NCBI GenBank assembly: GCA_963805975.1
Contig: CAWDVR010000002.1
Span: 448,001 to 512,000 of the forward strand
Length of the DNA: 64,000 bases
Source: an uncultured Acidobacteriota bacterium
GTDB taxonomy: Bacteria > Acidobacteriota > Thermoanaerobaculia > Multivoradales > SZUA-115
Direction: 5' to 3'
Below the pieces are notes generated by a model that did not search any database, had not been told where the DNA came from, and was given only the letters and a program-made list of their open reading frames with translations. This document shows, in pieces, positions 20,513 through 30,522 of this stretch. Position 1 is the stretch's first letter; the number at the start of each line of letters is the position of its first letter. A program made the translations under genes and the position numbers.

Positions 20513-20797
20513 TCAGGAGTTGACGCGGTCCTTGAGGCCCTTGCCCGGGGTGAAGCGGACGTTCTTGCGCGCCGCGATCTCGATCGTCGCGCCGGTCGAG
20601 GGGTTCCGGCCCTGGCGCGCCGGCTTGTTCTTGACGGCCAGCACACCGAAGCCGGGGACGCGCACTTCCTCACCCTTCGCCAGGCAGTCGGCCATGCAGT
20701 TGAAGACGTGATCCACTGCGTCCGCAGCCTGCTTTCTCGAGATCCCTTCGACGCTCTGCGCGAGCGAGTCCTCTATATCCTTCTTGTTAGCCATCAT
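20513..20797 (-). CDS. hup: HU-family DNA-binding protein
   Basis: GEEVRVPGFG, ARQGRNPSTGATIEIAA, FTPGKGLKD; AGGAGG RBS. Confidence 0.92.
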   Translation of the reverse strand: MMANKKDIEDSLAQSVEGISRKQAADAVDHVFNCMADCLAKGEEVRVPGFGVLAVKNKPARQGRNPSTGATIEIAARKNVRFTPGKGLKDRVNS

Positions 20798-20842
20798 CGC
20801 CTCCTTAGCCGGGAAGTTGAACCGCCTGCGAACAGGCTGCAA

Positions 20843-20871
20843 ACGATATGGCAGGGCTCCGGGGCTGTCAA
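20843..20871 (-). promoter_or_regulatory. Putative sigma70 promoter of hup
   Basis: Minus strand TTGACA, 17 bp spacer, TATCGT. Confidence 0.55.
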
Positions 20872-21015
20872 CCGAACCCTGCGCGCGACCGCCACCGGCG
20901 GCGAGCCCCTGGTCCGGTGCTCGACGCCCCCTGCGGGTAACGATCCGCTCCTCCCAGGGGCTCGCCGCCGGTGGTGGAAGGTCGCCGGGCCAACGATCAA
21001 CTTCCGGCCCGCTGA

Positions 21016-22410
21016 CTAGGATCGTTTGCGCAGCACGTGCACGCTGAAGCCGTCGTGGTCGTCGGCCGTCGGCAGGCGCCAGAAGCCCGGGCCGCGCACC
21101 TCGCGGTCGAGCGGTGCCGGCAGCTCTGGGGCGAGATCCAGCGGCTCGAAGTCCGGTGCCGAGGCCAGGAAGCGTGCGATCACCGTCTCGTTCTCCTCGG
21201 CCTCGAGCGAGCAGGTGATCGCGACCAGCAAGCCGCCGCGTGCCACCCGCGGCGCCGAGCCGGCCAGCAAGCGCAGCCCCTGGCCCGCGAGCCGCCCGAT
21301 CTCGTCCTCGGAGAGCCGCCACTTGAGCTCCGGGTGCTTGCGCAGCGTGCCCGTGCCGGCGCACGGCAGGTCGAGCAGCACGCGGTCGAAGCTGCCGGCG
21401 AGCGGCGGCGCGCCGGCATCGCCCACCAGGAGCGGCAGGCGGCGCCCGAGCCGGGAGAGGTTGGCGGACAGCACCCGGAGCCTGCCGAACGAGACGTCGC
21501 CGGCCGCGAGGCGCACCGACGGCTCGCGCGCCAGGAGCGCCAGGCTCTTGCCTCCCGGCGCCGCAGCGGCGTCCCAGATGCGCTCGCCGGGGCGCGGCGC
21601 CGGCAGCCACGCCGCCACCTGGCTCGCCTCGTCCTGCACGTAGAAGTCGCCGCGCGCGAAGGCCGCGCCCGCGAGCGGGTTGCCGGCGCGCACGATCAAC
21701 CCCAGCGGCGACAGGCGGGAAGGCACCACCTCGACGCCCTCGTCGATCAGCCGCTCGGCCAGGAGCTCCCGGCCGCCGCGGTCGCGGAAGGCCAGGAGGT
21801 GCATCGGCTTCGGCCGGTTGTTGGCGGCGAGCAGGCGCTCGGTCTCGCCCTCGCCGAAGCGCTCGCGCCAGCGGCGCACCAGGAAGTCGGGATGCGACAT
21901 CTCGATCCCCAGGCGGCGCACGGGGTCGCTCTCCTCGACCGGCCAGGCCTCGAGCTGCGGATCGCGCGCGATGCGGCGCAGGACCGCGTTGACGAAGCTC
22001 ATGCCGCCGCGGTGGGTGAGGATCCGCGCCTGCTCGACGGCCTCGTTCACGGCCGCGTGCGCCGGCACGCGATCGAGGAACAGCAACTGGTAGACGGCGA
22101 TGCGGAGCGGAGAGCGGAGCGCCGGCTCGACCTCCGTCAGACGGCGGCCGGCGGCGGCCTCGAGCACGTGATCGATCCGCCGCAGCCAACGCAGAGTGCC
22201 GAGCACCAGCTCGCGCACCAGGGCCCCGTCCCGCTCGTCGAAGCGCGCCAGGACGGTCGCCAGGTACGAGTCCACCGGCGCGAAGCTCGCGAGGGTGCGC
22301 TCCACCACCCAGGCCGCGGACACGCGGACGTCGTCCTGCGGCGTGCGCCGCGGCGTCTGCCGCCTGGGCTGGGCCGGCGACGGGGCGAGCTGCGCGGGGC
22401 GTTTCCTCAT
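21016..22410 (-). CDS. rsmB: 16S rRNA m5C967 methyltransferase (NusB-like N-domain)
   Basis: VPAHAAVNEAV, YVQDEASQ, DAAAAPGGKS, LDLPCAGTG, TCSLEAEENE; downstream of fmt. Confidence 0.88.
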   Translation of the reverse strand: MRKRPAQLAPSPAQPRRQTPRRTPQDDVRVSAAWVVERTLASFAPVDSYLATVLARFDERDGALVRELVLGTLRWLRRIDHVLEAAAGRRLTEVEPALRSPLRIAVYQLLFLDRVPAHAAVNEAVEQARILTHRGGMSFVNAVLRRIARDPQLEAWPVEESDPVRRLGIEMSHPDFLVRRWRERFGEGETERLLAANNRPKPMHLLAFRDRGGRELLAERLIDEGVEVVPSRLSPLGLIVRAGNPLAGAAFARGDFYVQDEASQVAAWLPAPRPGERIWDAAAAPGGKSLALLAREPSVRLAAGDVSFGRLRVLSANLSRLGRRLPLLVGDAGAPPLAGSFDRVLLDLPCAGTGTLRKHPELKWRLSEDEIGRLAGQGLRLLAGSAPRVARGGLLVAITCSLEAEENETVIARFLASAPDFEPLDLAPELPAPLDREVRGPGFWRLPTADDHDGFSVHVLRKRS

Positions 22411-22423
22411 GGAACAGCAGTTC

Positions 22424-23373
22424 TCAAGCGAAGCGCGCGCCGGGAGCGAGCCGTTCGCCGTTCGTGAAGTCCACCGCGGACACGGCGCCGCGCCCCGGCC
22501 GCTGCAATCGTTCGAGACCCAGGACCGTACCGCCGCCGCAGGCGACGAGCAGCCGGCCCTGCGCGAGGCCCAGGACCGTGCCCGGCGGCTCTCCGCCCGC
22601 GCTCTCCTCCGGCACCGGCCTTCCCCACACCACCTTCAGCGGCGCTCCGGAGAGCTCCGCGGTCAGGCCCGGCCACGGCGTGAAGGCGCGCAGGCGGTCG
22701 AAGAGCCCGGTGGCGGGCAGCGAGAAGTCGGCGCGGCCGTCCTCCTTGGTGATGCGTGGCGCGAAGGTCGCCTGCGAGGCATCCTGCTCGCGCGGCTCGA
22801 GCGTACCGGCGGCGAGGACTTGGAGCGTCTCGACCATCAGCCCGGCTCCCAGCGCGCGAGGCGCGCGGAGAGCTCCCCCGCCGTCTCCTCGCCGCCGATC
22901 GGTGTCGTCGCCGTGGCGAGCATCGGTCCCGCGTCGAGCGCCAGGTCCATCTGCATGGTGGTGACGCCAGTCTCGCGATCGCCGGCCGCGATCGCCGCCT
23001 GGATCGGCGCCGCGCCGCGGTACTTGGGCAGCAGCGAGGCATGGAGGTTGACGCAGCCCAGGCGCGGCAGGTCGAGCAACCGCCGCGGAAAGATCTGGCC
23101 GAAGGCGACGACCACGCCGACCGCCGGCTGGAGGTCGGCGAGGCGCGCGAGGAACTCCTCTTCCCTCACCTTCACCGGCTGCGCCACGGGGAGCCCGTTC
23201 GCCCGCGCCCAGGCCGCGACCGGGGGCTCGGTGAGCCGGCCGCCGCGACCCACCGGCCGCGAGGGTTGGCTCACCACCAGCGCCGGCGCCAGGCCCGCCG
23301 CGACCAGGGCGGCGAGCGTCGGTACGGCGAAGTCCGGGGTGCCGAAGAAGACCAGGGGGGAGAGCGGCGTCAT
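22424..23373 (-). CDS. fmt: Methionyl-tRNA formyltransferase, split by a one-base deletion near 22853
   Basis: FFGTPDFA, NLHASLLPKYRGAAPIQ, LDAG then, in the other frame, LGAGLMVETL...AFTPWPG...LQRPGR. Confidence 0.88.
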
Positions 23374-23416
23374 CCGCTGGATGGTAGCAAACGCGCTCGG
23401 CAGGACCGGGGAAAGC

Positions 23417-25934
23417 TCAGACCTTGGCCAGGTCCACTTCCTCGAAGTAGTCGCGCGGCACCAGCACCTCGCGCGGCTTCGAGCCCTGCGGCGGCCCCAG
23501 CAGGCCTTCGCGCTCCATCATGTCGATCAGCCGGGAGGCACGCGAGAAACCGATGCGCATGCGGCGCTGGAGGAAGCTCGCCGAGGCCATGCGCTCGGCC
23601 ACCACCAGCCGTGACGCCTCGTCGAAGAGCTCGTCGTCGTTGTCGCCGCCCTCGCCTGCCGCGCGCGAGCCCTCGATCGGATCGAGGAGCGCCAGGTCGT
23701 ACTCGGGCTTGCCCTGCTTCTTGAGCCAGCGCACCAGCCCCGCCGTCTCTTGCTCGCTGACGTAGGCGCCGTGCAGGCGCAGCACCCGCGAGGTTCCCGG
23801 CGCCATGAACAGCATGTCGCCGCGGCCGAGGAGCTTCTCCGAGCCCACCTGGTCGAGGATGGTGCGCGAGTCGTGGCGGCTGGCCGTGGCGTAGGAGAGG
23901 CGGCAGGGAAAGTTGGCCTTGATGGTGCCGGTGAGCACGTCGACGCTCGGCCGCTGCGTGGCGACGATCAGGTGGATGCCCACCGCGCGCGCCATCTGCG
24001 CCAGCCGGGCGATCGCGGTCTCGACGTCGGCCGAGGCCACCATCATCAGGTCCGCGAGCTCGTCGATGATGATCACGAAGTACGGCAACGGCTGGAAGTC
24101 CTCCGAGGACAGCTCGCCCTCGCTCTCGTTCAAGGCCAGGCGCTTCCTCTGCTCGGGGTCGCGGATCGCCTGGTTGTAGTGCGCGATCGAGCGCACGTGG
24201 ACCTTGGCCAGCTTGCGGTAGCGGTTCTCCATCTCCGCCACCATGTGGTTGAGCACGTTGGCGGCCTGCTTGGGCTCGACCACCACCGGCGTGCGCAGGC
24301 AGGGCACGTCGGCGTAGACGCCGAGCTCGATGCGCTTGGGGTCGATGAAGATGAACTGCACGTCCTCGCGCCGCGCTTTGTAGATGATCGAGGTGATCAT
24401 GCTCTGGAGGCCCACGCTCTTGCCGGCGCCGGTGGCGCCGGCCACCAGGAGATGGGGCATGGTGGCGAGGTCGGCGTAGAACGGCTCGCCGTGGATCGTC
24501 ACCCCGAGCGCCATGGTGAGCACCGAGGGCGCGCGGGCGAAGGCTTCCTTGGCGAGCAACGAGCCCAGAGCGGATGGTCTGCCGCTCGCGGTTCGGCACC
24601 TCGATGCCCAGCGTCGAGCGGCCGGGCAGGCGGTCGATGCGCACCGACTCGGCCTTGAGCGCCAGGGCGAGGTCGTCCTGGAGATTGACGATCTGGCTCA
24701 CCTTGACCCCGGGCGCCGGCTGGAACTCGTAGACGGTGATCACCGGCCCGGGGCCGATGCCCTCGATCGTGCCCTCGACGCCGAACTCGGCGCAGCGCTG
24801 GCGGATCACTTCGCCCATGCGCACCAGCTCGTTCTCGTCGATCGAGCGCGTCTCGTCGGAGAGCTGCAGGAGGTTGACCGGCGGCAGGGCGCCCGCGCCC
24901 TCCGGCGGCGGCGTGAACGGCAGGTCGGCCTGCGGGCGCGGAGCTCGCGGGCGCAGGGCCTTCTCGGCGCGGGCGGAGACGCTGATGGACGCGGGCGGAG
25001 CGAAGGCGAGCGGCTCCTCCTCTTCCACCGCCAGCTCGCCGGGGCTCACCCGGCGCAAACCGGCCGCGGCTTCCCCCCGCCGCAGGAAGACGCGCACCGG
25101 CCCGGCCGGCTGGCCCGGCTCGCCGCTCGCGGCGTCCGTCACCGGAACCTCTCGGGGCCGGAGCGGCAAGGAGCCCGAAGGCACGGCGAGCGCCGGCCGC
25201 GCAGCCAGCATCGCCTGGCGCTCCTCCTGGAGCCGTTTCTCCTCCAGGGCACGCTCCACGTGCTTGATCTCGACGCGCTTCTTGGCCTTCTCTTTCTCCC
25301 TCTGCTCGCGCTTCCGGGCGCGGGCGAGAGCCCGCGCCTGCCACCACGCCTTGATGCCGGAGAGCCAGCGGCTCGCGGTCTCGGAGAGGGTCGACTGCAC
25401 GAGGAGCGCCGCCGCGACGGCCACCAGGCCCACCAGCACCAGCAGCGCGCCCATGAAGTTGAGCTGGCCGGAGAGCTCGCCCGCGAGGAGCTTGCCGAGC
25501 GCGCCGCCGGCATCGACCGGCTCGCCGCGCAGCGTGAGGCTGCCGGCGGTGAGCTGCAAGAGACCGGGGAGCGCGAGCAGCAGGATCGCGGCGCCGATGC
25601 CGTGGCTCACGCGGCCGGGAATCTCACGGCGCCGCAGGCGGCGCACGCCGGTCGCGAGCAGGAGGAGCGGCGCCACCAGCGCGGTCAGGCCCAGGAGGCC
25701 CACCGACAGCGCGGCGAGCTGCGCGCCCACCGTGCCGATCCAGTTCCGGGTGCCGGTGGAGCCGTCCGCCACCTGGTGCAGCATGCTCGGGTCGCTCGGC
25801 TGGAAGCTCAAGAGGCTCGCCAGGAGCAGCAGCCCCAGGGTGAGCATGAGCATCCCCTTGAGCTCGTTGCCCTTCTCCGGCGACAGGCGCGCCTTGGCGG
25901 CCTTCGGCTCTGCTTTGCTGGTGGCGACGCTCAC
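23417..25934 (-). CDS. ftsK: DNA translocase FtsK, split by a one-base insertion near 24569
   Basis: N-terminal TM domain, GPVITVYEFQPAPGVKVS, GIEVPN; then MPHLLVAGATGAGKSV, IDELADLMM, ATQRPSVDV, C-terminal gamma domain. Confidence 0.92.
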
Positions 25935-26095
25935 GGCGGTGCGCTTAACGTGTTGCCTTAGAGTTTGCGGCGTAAATAGGCACGAAGTCTAGCAGAGTCT
26001 CCTGGGAAGATAGAGCACGCCGGCGTCGAGAGCGTTTGACGGTCGCCCTGCGGGACGCTACGCTTCCTGCATTCTCGGCTCCGGCAGGGAGGCCC

Positions 26096-27340
26096 ATGCC
26101 GCACACGCTGCCCGATCCACAGTTTTCCGGCCACGGTACCCCGGCTCGGCCGGCCCTCCACGTCCAGAGGGCCACGGCGAGCCCGTTGCTGACCCGTGGC
26201 CCGGTGATCAGAGAAACGGCGCAGCCCCAGAGCGCCAGGGCTGCGAGGCCGACTCCCGCGGCAGCGTCGCTCACCATCCAGGGGTGTTTTCCGGGCGGCC
26301 TGGCGAGCGCGCCGCAGGCTCTACGGCAGACGGGCGCGATCCAGGCGAAGGTCCAGGGCTCGGCGGTCCACCTGCCCGCAGGCTTGAGTGGCCTCGGCGG
26401 GCCGGGCGGTGGGCAGCCCCTTCCCGAGCCGACGCGCCGGCACATGGAGGCGGTCTTCGGCGCCGACCTCTCCCACGTCCGCATCCATGTCGGGGCCGCG
26501 GCTTCCGCGCTCGGCGCCGCCGCCTTCACCCACGGCTCGCACATCCACTTCGCGCCGGGCCGCTATCAGCCGGACACCGTGCAGGGCCGGCAGCTCCTGG
26601 GGCACGAGCTGACCCACGTGCTGCAACAGAAGGCGGGCCGCGTGCGCAACACCTTCGGCAGCGGCGTGGCGGTGGTGCAGGACCCGCGGCTCGAGGCCGA
26701 GGCGGAACGGATGGCGGCGCGGGCCGCGCAGCAGCCGAGGCAGCAGGTGGCTCACAGCGCCGCGGCCCGGCCGGTCCGGCACCCCGGCGTGGGTCAGGCG
26801 CGCATGGCGGTGGGCGGCGGCTCCTGCGTGCAACGGGCCAGCATGGCAACCGAGTCCAGTCAGAGCACCTACCTGACCGCGGTGATGGCCAACGGCACCG
26901 CGCTCTGCGAGGACCTCGCGAGCTCCGCGGCCGGGCACTCCGAGGACCGGTTCATCGACCAGACGCTGCCGGCCGCCGTGGCAGCCGGCTTGCTCGACGC
27001 CAAGGCGGACAACCACATCTTCATCGGCATCAACCGCAGCCCCTGCAGCTCGACCGATCGCGCCGGGGACGGCACCACGACCTGCACCAAGGGCGGGGCC
27101 GCCGCTGGTTGCACCGAGCGGCTGATCACGCTGGTGACCACCGGGTTCACGTCCGGCATGACCAACTACCCGATCAGGCTGACGATCTCCATCCGCAACG
27201 TCTACGACATGTCGCCCAACTCGGTCCTCGCCAACGAGGCGATGATCGCCACGGGGCGTATCGACATCGAGTTCCAGAAGATCGGCGGCTCCAGCACGCG
27301 CTTCATGGGCACCAAGACCGCCATGGAGCTCAGCACGTAG
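26096..27340 (+). CDS. DUF4157 (eCIS-core) domain protein with C-terminal putative zinc-dependent deaminase
   Basis: AGGGAGG RBS; MEAVFGADLSHVRIH..AAAFTHGSHIHFAPGRY..LLGHELTHVLQQ..LEAEAERMA; after VQR: HSE-x32-PC...C. Confidence 0.85.
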   Translation: MPHTLPDPQFSGHGTPARPALHVQRATASPLLTRGPVIRETAQPQSARAARPTPAAASLTIQGCFPGGLASAPQALRQTGAIQAKVQGSAVHLPAGLSGLGGPGGGQPLPEPTRRHMEAVFGADLSHVRIHVGAAASALGAAAFTHGSHIHFAPGRYQPDTVQGRQLLGHELTHVLQQKAGRVRNTFGSGVAVVQDPRLEAEAERMAARAAQQPRQQVAHSAAARPVRHPGVGQARMAVGGGSCVQRASMATESSQSTYLTAVMANGTALCEDLASSAAGHSEDRFIDQTLPAAVAAGLLDAKADNHIFIGINRSPCSSTDRAGDGTTTCTKGGAAAGCTERLITLVTTGFTSGMTNYPIRLTISIRNVYDMSPNSVLANEAMIATGRIDIEFQKIGGSSTRFMGTKTAMELST

Positions 27341-27391
27341 GGCTGGCGGAGCCCTCCCGCCCCGCCGGGACGGCTCTGCTACCGTACCTCC

Positions 27392-28249
27392 GTGCGCCAG
27401 CCGCCGTTCCAGAAACCAGCCCTCGAGACACCTTCGCTCAAGAAGAAGTACGGCCAGCACCACCTCGTGCAGCCCGGGGTGTGCCGCCCGCTCGTCGAGT
27501 TCCTGGCGCCCGCGGGAGAGCGGGTGGTGGAGATCGGCCCCGGCGGCGGGGTGCTGACCGGCGAGCTGCTGGCGGCCGGCGCGCGGGTGATCGGCCTGGA
27601 GCTCGACCCCGAGTGGGCCTTCGAGCTCGGCCGGCGAAGGGCCGGGGCCGAGAATCTCCGGCTGGTGGTGGCCGACGCCCTGGAAACGAGCTGGGACCGC
27701 TTCCCGTGCGGCACGCTCGTCGCCGGCAACCTTCCCTACAACGTGGGCACGGCGATCCTCGAGCGGCTGCTGCCCCACCATGCCGTGGTGCCGCGTGCCG
27801 CGTTTCTCCTGCAAAGGGAAGTGGCGGACCGGCTGGTGGCCAGGCCCGGCGACGAAGCCTACGGCGGGCTCTCCGTGCTGGTTCAGGCGCGGGCCGACGC
27901 GCGCATCCTCGGCCGGGTACGACCCGGGAGCTTCCGGCCGCCGCCCAAGGTGGACAGCGCGTTCGTGGGGCTGACGCTCCACCCGCCGCCGCTTCCCGAG
28001 GCCCAGATGCCGGCGTTCACGGCCCTGGTGCGGCTGGCTTTCGGGCAGCGGAGGAAGAGCTTGCGCAATGCGCTGGGCACCGGCTGGGGCCACGGTCGCG
28101 CCGAGGCCGTGCTCGAAGCCGCCGAGATCTCACCGCGGGCCAGGGCCGAGGAGCTGGGGCTCGGGGAGTTTCTGAGGCTGTATAGGGCCTCTGCTACCAT
28201 TTCCGAGGATCGCCGAGAGGGCCGCAGCAGCGCACCAGGAACGGTATGA
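27392..28249 (+). CDS. rsmA: 16S rRNA m6,6A dimethyltransferase KsgA
   Basis: KKKYGQHHL, VEIGPGGGVLT, GNLPYNV, FRPPPKVDS, AFGQRRKSLRN, RAEEL. Confidence 0.93.
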   Translation: MRQPPFQKPALETPSLKKKYGQHHLVQPGVCRPLVEFLAPAGERVVEIGPGGGVLTGELLAAGARVIGLELDPEWAFELGRRRAGAENLRLVVADALETSWDRFPCGTLVAGNLPYNVGTAILERLLPHHAVVPRAAFLLQREVADRLVARPGDEAYGGLSVLVQARADARILGRVRPGSFRPPPKVDSAFVGLTLHPPPLPEAQMPAFTALVRLAFGQRRKSLRNALGTGWGHGRAEAVLEAAEISPRARAEELGLGEFLRLYRASATISEDRREGRSSAPGTV

Positions 28250-29388
28250 CGACCCCGCTCCAGTTCCATTGCCTCGATGCAGGCCGGCTGGAGCGGTTCC
28301 TCGAACGGCGCCGGGCCGAGCCGCTGTTTCCCCGCGAGTTCAACCTCGCCGAGACCCTGGTCGAGATCCTCCGCAAGGCGAATCAGTTCGTGCCGTCGGC
28401 CGCCGGCTCGATCCTCCTCGACGACCCCCAGCTCAAGACCAGGGACCGCATGGAGCACGAGCTCACCTTCATCGCCGCGTTCGGCGAGAAGGCGGCCGGC
28501 CTGGTGGGCCGGAAGATCGCGAGCGACCAGGGCATCGCCGGCCGCGTCTACACGACCGGGCTCACGCACCTGACGAGCAACGCGCCCGAGGACCGCTTCT
28601 TCTTCTCCGGGGTGGACCAGCAGATCGACTACCGCACGGTGTCCATGGTGGCGATCCCGATCCGCATCGAGCAGCGGGTGTGTGGCGTGCTCGAGCTGAT
28701 CAACCGCCGCCGGGCGCGCGAGTTCTCGCAGCAGGACAGGAACCTGCTCGAGATCTTCGCCGACTACATCTCGATCTCCATCCAGAACGTGCTCGACGGC
28801 CGGCAGGCGCAGGAGATCGCCAAGAAGGACAACCTGACCGGCCTGTTCAACGACCGCTACCTGCACGTCGCCCTGTCCGCGGCGGTCGAGAGCGCCCGCC
28901 AGGGCGGCGAGGACCTGGCCGTGCTGTTTCTCGACCTCGACTTCTTCAAGCGCGTCAACGACACCCATGGGCACCTCGCCGGGAGCCAGGTGCTGCGCGA
29001 GGTGGGGGGCCTCCTGCGGCGCAAGACCCGCGAGACCGCCGCCATCCCCACCCGCTACGGCGGCGACGAGTTCGTGCTGGTGCTCCCCGGCTCCGACCTC
29101 GAGGCGGCGGTCGACCTCGCCGAGGAGATCCGCACCGAGATCCTCACCCGCTCTTTCATCTCGGAGCCCGGTGACGTCTACGCCGAGCCGCTCAACCTCG
29201 CCGGGCAGTCCTGCTCGATCGGGGTCGCGACCCTCGCCCAGCACATCGCCGAGGAGATGAGCCAGGAGCGCATCAAGAGCACGCTGCTGCGGCTCGCCGA
29301 CTCGGCGATGTACGTGGCCAAGGAGACGGGAAGGAACCGCACCGCGGTGGCGGGCTCGCCGATCCGGAGAAGGCGGCCGGCGGACTGA
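28246..29388 (+). CDS. GAF-GGDEF diguanylate cyclase
   Basis: GAF (GIAGRV, GVLELIN), DNLTGLFN, DLDFFKRVNDTHGH, RYGGDEF; no RxxD I-site. Confidence 0.92.
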   Translation: MTTPLQFHCLDAGRLERFLERRRAEPLFPREFNLAETLVEILRKANQFVPSAAGSILLDDPQLKTRDRMEHELTFIAAFGEKAAGLVGRKIASDQGIAGRVYTTGLTHLTSNAPEDRFFFSGVDQQIDYRTVSMVAIPIRIEQRVCGVLELINRRRAREFSQQDRNLLEIFADYISISIQNVLDGRQAQEIAKKDNLTGLFNDRYLHVALSAAVESARQGGEDLAVLFLDLDFFKRVNDTHGHLAGSQVLREVGGLLRRKTRETAAIPTRYGGDEFVLVLPGSDLEAAVDLAEEIRTEILTRSFISEPGDVYAEPLNLAGQSCSIGVATLAQHIAEEMSQERIKSTLLRLADSAMYVAKETGRNRTAVAGSPIRRRRPAD

Positions 29389-29448
29389 GATCCTTCGCTG
29401 CGCTCAGGATGACGTTGAGCATGTCATCCTGAGCGCAGCGAAGGATCT
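29388..29448. repeat. Palindromic REP-like element, family A, perfect 26-bp inverted repeat
   Basis: AGATCCTTCGCTGCGCTCAGGATGAC, 9-nt loop, GTCATCCTGAGCGCAGCGAAGGATCT, between convergent genes. Confidence 0.9.
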
Positions 29449-29490
29449 GGGGGCGGTTCCACCTCGCCGGAATCCCCAAAGGGCTGGCCC

Positions 29491-30384
29491 TCAGCCGCGT
29501 TCTGCCGCGCGCAGCAGCTTCTCCTTCAGCCCCCCGAACCCCAGCCGCTCGCAGAGCGCCTCGATCCGCGCCGGGTCCGGCCCGCGCCAGACGAGGTCGC
29601 CGGGCTCGGCCGAGAGCGGCACGTCGCAGACCACGGTCGCGAGCTGGCGCGAGAGGAAGGCAATCTCGCGCGCCGCCTCGAGCTTGGCGGCCAGCGAGCG
29701 CGCGCCGCGGATGGGCAGCGCGGCCACCTCGCCCAGGCGCTGGTAGAGGTCCGCCAGGCTGTCGAAGTGGGCAAGGAGCGCCGCCGCCGTCTTGAGGCCC
29801 ACGCCCGGCACGCCGGGAATGTTGTCCACTGCGTCGCCGGCGAGGCCGAGGAGGTCCGCGACCTTGGCCGGCGGCACGCCGAGCTTGGCCTCCACCTCCG
29901 CCGGCCCGAGCCGGGCACCGGCCGCGAAATCCAGCAGGCTCACCCGCTCGCTGACGAGCTGCGCGAGATCCTTGTCCGAGGTCACCACCACCGCGCTCCG
30001 GCCGTCGTCCGTGGCCCGCCGGGCGAGCGTGCCGATCAGGTCGTCCGCCTCGTACCGCTCGTCGATCAGGCTGGCGGCGCCGAAGGCCTCGGCCAGCTCG
30101 TAGCAAGCGTCGAGCTGCGCCTCGAGCGCGGCCGGCGGCAGATCGCGCTGCGCCTTGTAGGCCGGATAGAGCTCGTTGCGAAAGCTGGTCGTCAAGCTGC
30201 CATCGAAGGCGATCCCCAAATGGGTCGGCCTCTCGGTCTCGGCCAGGCGCAGCAGAAAGCTGGCGAAGCCGTAGGCGGCCGCCACCGGCTCGCCCGTCGG
30301 GCCCACCAGGGTCGCCGGCAGCGAGAAGTACGCGCGAAAGATGTAGGGGCTGGCGTCGACGAGCCACACGGTCGAGGGCGGCAT
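29491..30384 (-). CDS. Stand-alone 5'-3' exonuclease / flap endonuclease (PolI N-domain-like)
   Basis: LVDAS..FRAYF, FRNELYPAYKAQR, YEADDLIGT, DKDLAQL, GDAVDNIPGVPGVGLKTA. Confidence 0.9.
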   Translation of the reverse strand: MPPSTVWLVDASPYIFRAYFSLPATLVGPTGEPVAAAYGFASFLLRLAETERPTHLGIAFDGSLTTSFRNELYPAYKAQRDLPPAALEAQLDACYELAEAFGAASLIDERYEADDLIGTLARRATDDGRSAVVVTSDKDLAQLVSERVSLLDFAAGARLGPAEVEAKLGVPPAKVADLLGLAGDAVDNIPGVPGVGLKTAAALLAHFDSLADLYQRLGEVAALPIRGARSLAAKLEAAREIAFLSRQLATVVCDVPLSAEPGDLVWRGPDPARIEALCERLGFGGLKEKLLRAAERG

Positions 30385-30522
30385 AGGCGCCGATCCTAAC
30401 CTTCGGTGCATCAGGTACCAACCGGCGCATCCGCTATCATGCGAGGGCGAATGTGCCCGCGGCGAGGAATACTCGCGGGGAGGCCCGCCGTTTCGCCTTT
30501 CAAGTACCCTCGAGGTGACCTC

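Noticed and set aside
22424-25934. Programmed frameshifting or pseudogenisation of fmt and ftsK
   Set aside because: No slippery sites or stimulatory structures seen, genes otherwise intact and near-essential; assembly error is simpler
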